Shown here: positions 62,263-64,000 of the stretch, piece by piece
How the letters are laid out: every line of letters starts with the position of its first letter
Position numbering within the stretch: position 1 is the first letter of the stretch
From: Camelus ferus
Taxonomy: Eukaryota
DNA length: 64,000 nt
Assembly: GCF_009834535.1 (NCBI RefSeq)
Contig: NC_045696.1
Coordinates: 72,418,001-72,482,000, forward strand
Direction of reading: 5' to 3'
Translations under genes and position numbers: made by a program
Notes under the pieces: model-generated
What the model saw: only the letters and a program-made list of their open reading frames with translations
Told to the model about the DNA's origin: nothing
The model's database searches: none

Positions 62263-63549
62263 AAAAGATTCATGCATCCTCTCAAGACTGGGAATCTTGG
62301 TATTTTGGGAATGTGGCAATGGCGGTGCTTTGGTCCTTGAATATTTTATCTGTTAAAGCTCTGCTGGCAGCTTCAGCTACCTAAGCAGGACATAACTTCC
62401 TATTTAAATAACAGAGTTCCAGCTAGTCAACTTAAAAGGATGGATGTTTACAGAAAAATCAATATGCTTTTCCTTTACCTTAGTGATGGGAGGGTACTGT
62501 GGAAGAGATATGTGCAGATATCCAGAAATCATCACTTGTAGTGCAGTTTTTATAGTGCAGTTCCTTATTTAATAGGACAGCAATTGATATTACAGAGTTA
62601 AATCTTTATCCTCATCCTAGGGAACCTATAATTTCTGTTAGGGCATATTTTTAGTTCTCACAGTTATACTTTCTTCCTCTCTTTCATCCTTCTATCACTT
62701 AGCAGCCACCTGAGACAGAACCAGAAGGTCAAAGTGGAATCTCTTGGTAATGATATTGAGAAGCATGTTTATTTCACTCTCTGACAGAAATCACAGGACT
62801 TAAATAGGGTGGGCAGTATTTCAGTCAGACTAAAGGTCTAAAAATGATCCTCACTTGGCCTTCCCAAGCATTGTTTATAGGCAAAGCAAAGAAAGAGAAC
62901 CTCCAGAAGCTGCAAATTTTGAGCATTTTGCATTGGTGTCTTTGTTACCTTTGATAAGAGAAATATGCATATCATGAATTTTCTTTTGAATGTTTAAAAT
63001 ATGTCTCATTCAAGGATCACCACTGTGCTTATAAACTTCTATTAACATCTCAGTCCTGGATGTCTAAGAATATTAAAATTCCCACATGACAAATATTAAG
63101 CCATAATTTCATAAATGTATGTAATTTCTACCTGCATTCTCTCATTGTCACCGTTATAATCTTCATAATTGCCACTGTTCCTTGAATTTGTTGTGGTGCT
63201 TCGTGTTTTTGAAGGCATTTTCATAGTCATGAATTCACTTAATTCTTCTCAACAATCTTGTGAATTTGACAGGTGAGAATATGATTCTACAGATAAGGAA
63301 ATAGACACAGAGAAGCTCTGTGACCCACTCAGGGTGGCACAGTTTGGAACAATATCCAAGTGTCTGGGTCAGTGATCTCCACTTGTTGTTAGTTAAAAGT
63401 ACAAATGCAAGAGACTGGAAATCCTTTCCAGTAATTATTCAGCCATTGGAAATTATTACTTTTTTTGTCAAAAGATAAAAAAATAGCAAAAGATTCATGC
63501 ATCCTCTCAAGACTGGGAATCTTGGTGTTTTAGAAATGTGGCAAATGGC
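62263..63549 (+). repeat. Dispersed ~60-bp direct repeat (62263-62323 and 63488-63549)
   Basis: 39 identical bases aaaagattcatgcatcctctcaagactgggaatcttggt followed by near-identical ..tttt..gaatgtggcaatggc / ..tttt..aaatgtggcaaatggc. Confidence 0.92.
63210..63385 (-). mobile_element. MIR SINE
   Basis: ttaattcttctcaacaatcttgtga...tacagataaggaaatagacacagagaag...gtgacccactcagggtggcacag. Confidence 0.75.
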
Positions 63550-64000
63550 AGGACAGGATACAAAGAATACGATTCCTCTTTTCATCCCTCCTCATTTTCA
63601 CCTCCACATTTTTCCTGTTGAGTCGGGTTAAAAAATAAATGGGCAAATCTGGATGGTTGCGGTTGGGTTCAAAGACTTGTGATCCTCACTGCTTAAAGCT
63701 ACAAAGAAGGGCTTCAAAAGGAACCACTGGAGATGCCTCTTTTCTCTAAAACTTCAGTTTCCTTCAAAAAATAAGAACTCAGTTGTACTAACAAGGAGGC
63801 TGTCAGGAATTTTCTACTTTGGCAAATCCATAGGCGCACCATTTCTGTTCTCCAGTTCATCCACTACAGCCCCTACTCATAGTGAACTCCTTTTCCTCTA
63901 CATAGTGAAATGAATTTCACGGTTGTCCAGTTCAATTTATATTTGACAAAAAAACTTTTCCGAGAACATACCCATCCACAGTTTGAAGCACTGAACAAAA

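Noticed and set aside
1..64000. Prokaryotic-type systems (CRISPR arrays, operons), tRNA/rRNA genes, full-length L1 or ERV
   Set aside because: Sequence is mammalian; no regularly spaced repeat arrays, structured RNA genes, L1 5'UTR/ORF1 or gag/pol/env were seen.

Overview
Mammalian genomic DNA: AT-rich, CpG-depleted and repeat-rich. The young L1 3'UTR type and the lack of ruminant, pig or whale SINEs suggest a cetartiodactyl, probably a camelid (inference). I could not recognise an intact protein-coding gene; most ORFs in the track are L1 ORF2 fragments or chance ORFs. The main non-repeat feature is an intronless, disabled retrocopy of POLH (DNA polymerase eta; 5'UTR plus codons ~4-164) on the minus strand at ~11.43-12.2 kb. 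It is 5'-complete, stops at what I recall as a POLH exon boundary, and forms the strongest CpG island in the window. Splice-signal-bounded candidate exons lie on both sides, suggesting the retrocopy became a bidirectional promoter (hypothesis). The left half has several young L1 insertions with exact target-site duplications (TSDs), two of which look like 3' transductions, plus old L1ME, L2, MIR, MLT1 and LTR16 relics. The right half has repeat-poor, motif-rich stretches resembling developmental enhancers, two CTCF-like motifs, a perfect 21-bp hairpin next to a Zaphod transposon, a candidate very ancient L1-clade RT fossil containing a 24-bp palindrome, and a 60-bp dispersed duplication. Repeat family names come from recalled consensus similarity, not from a database search.
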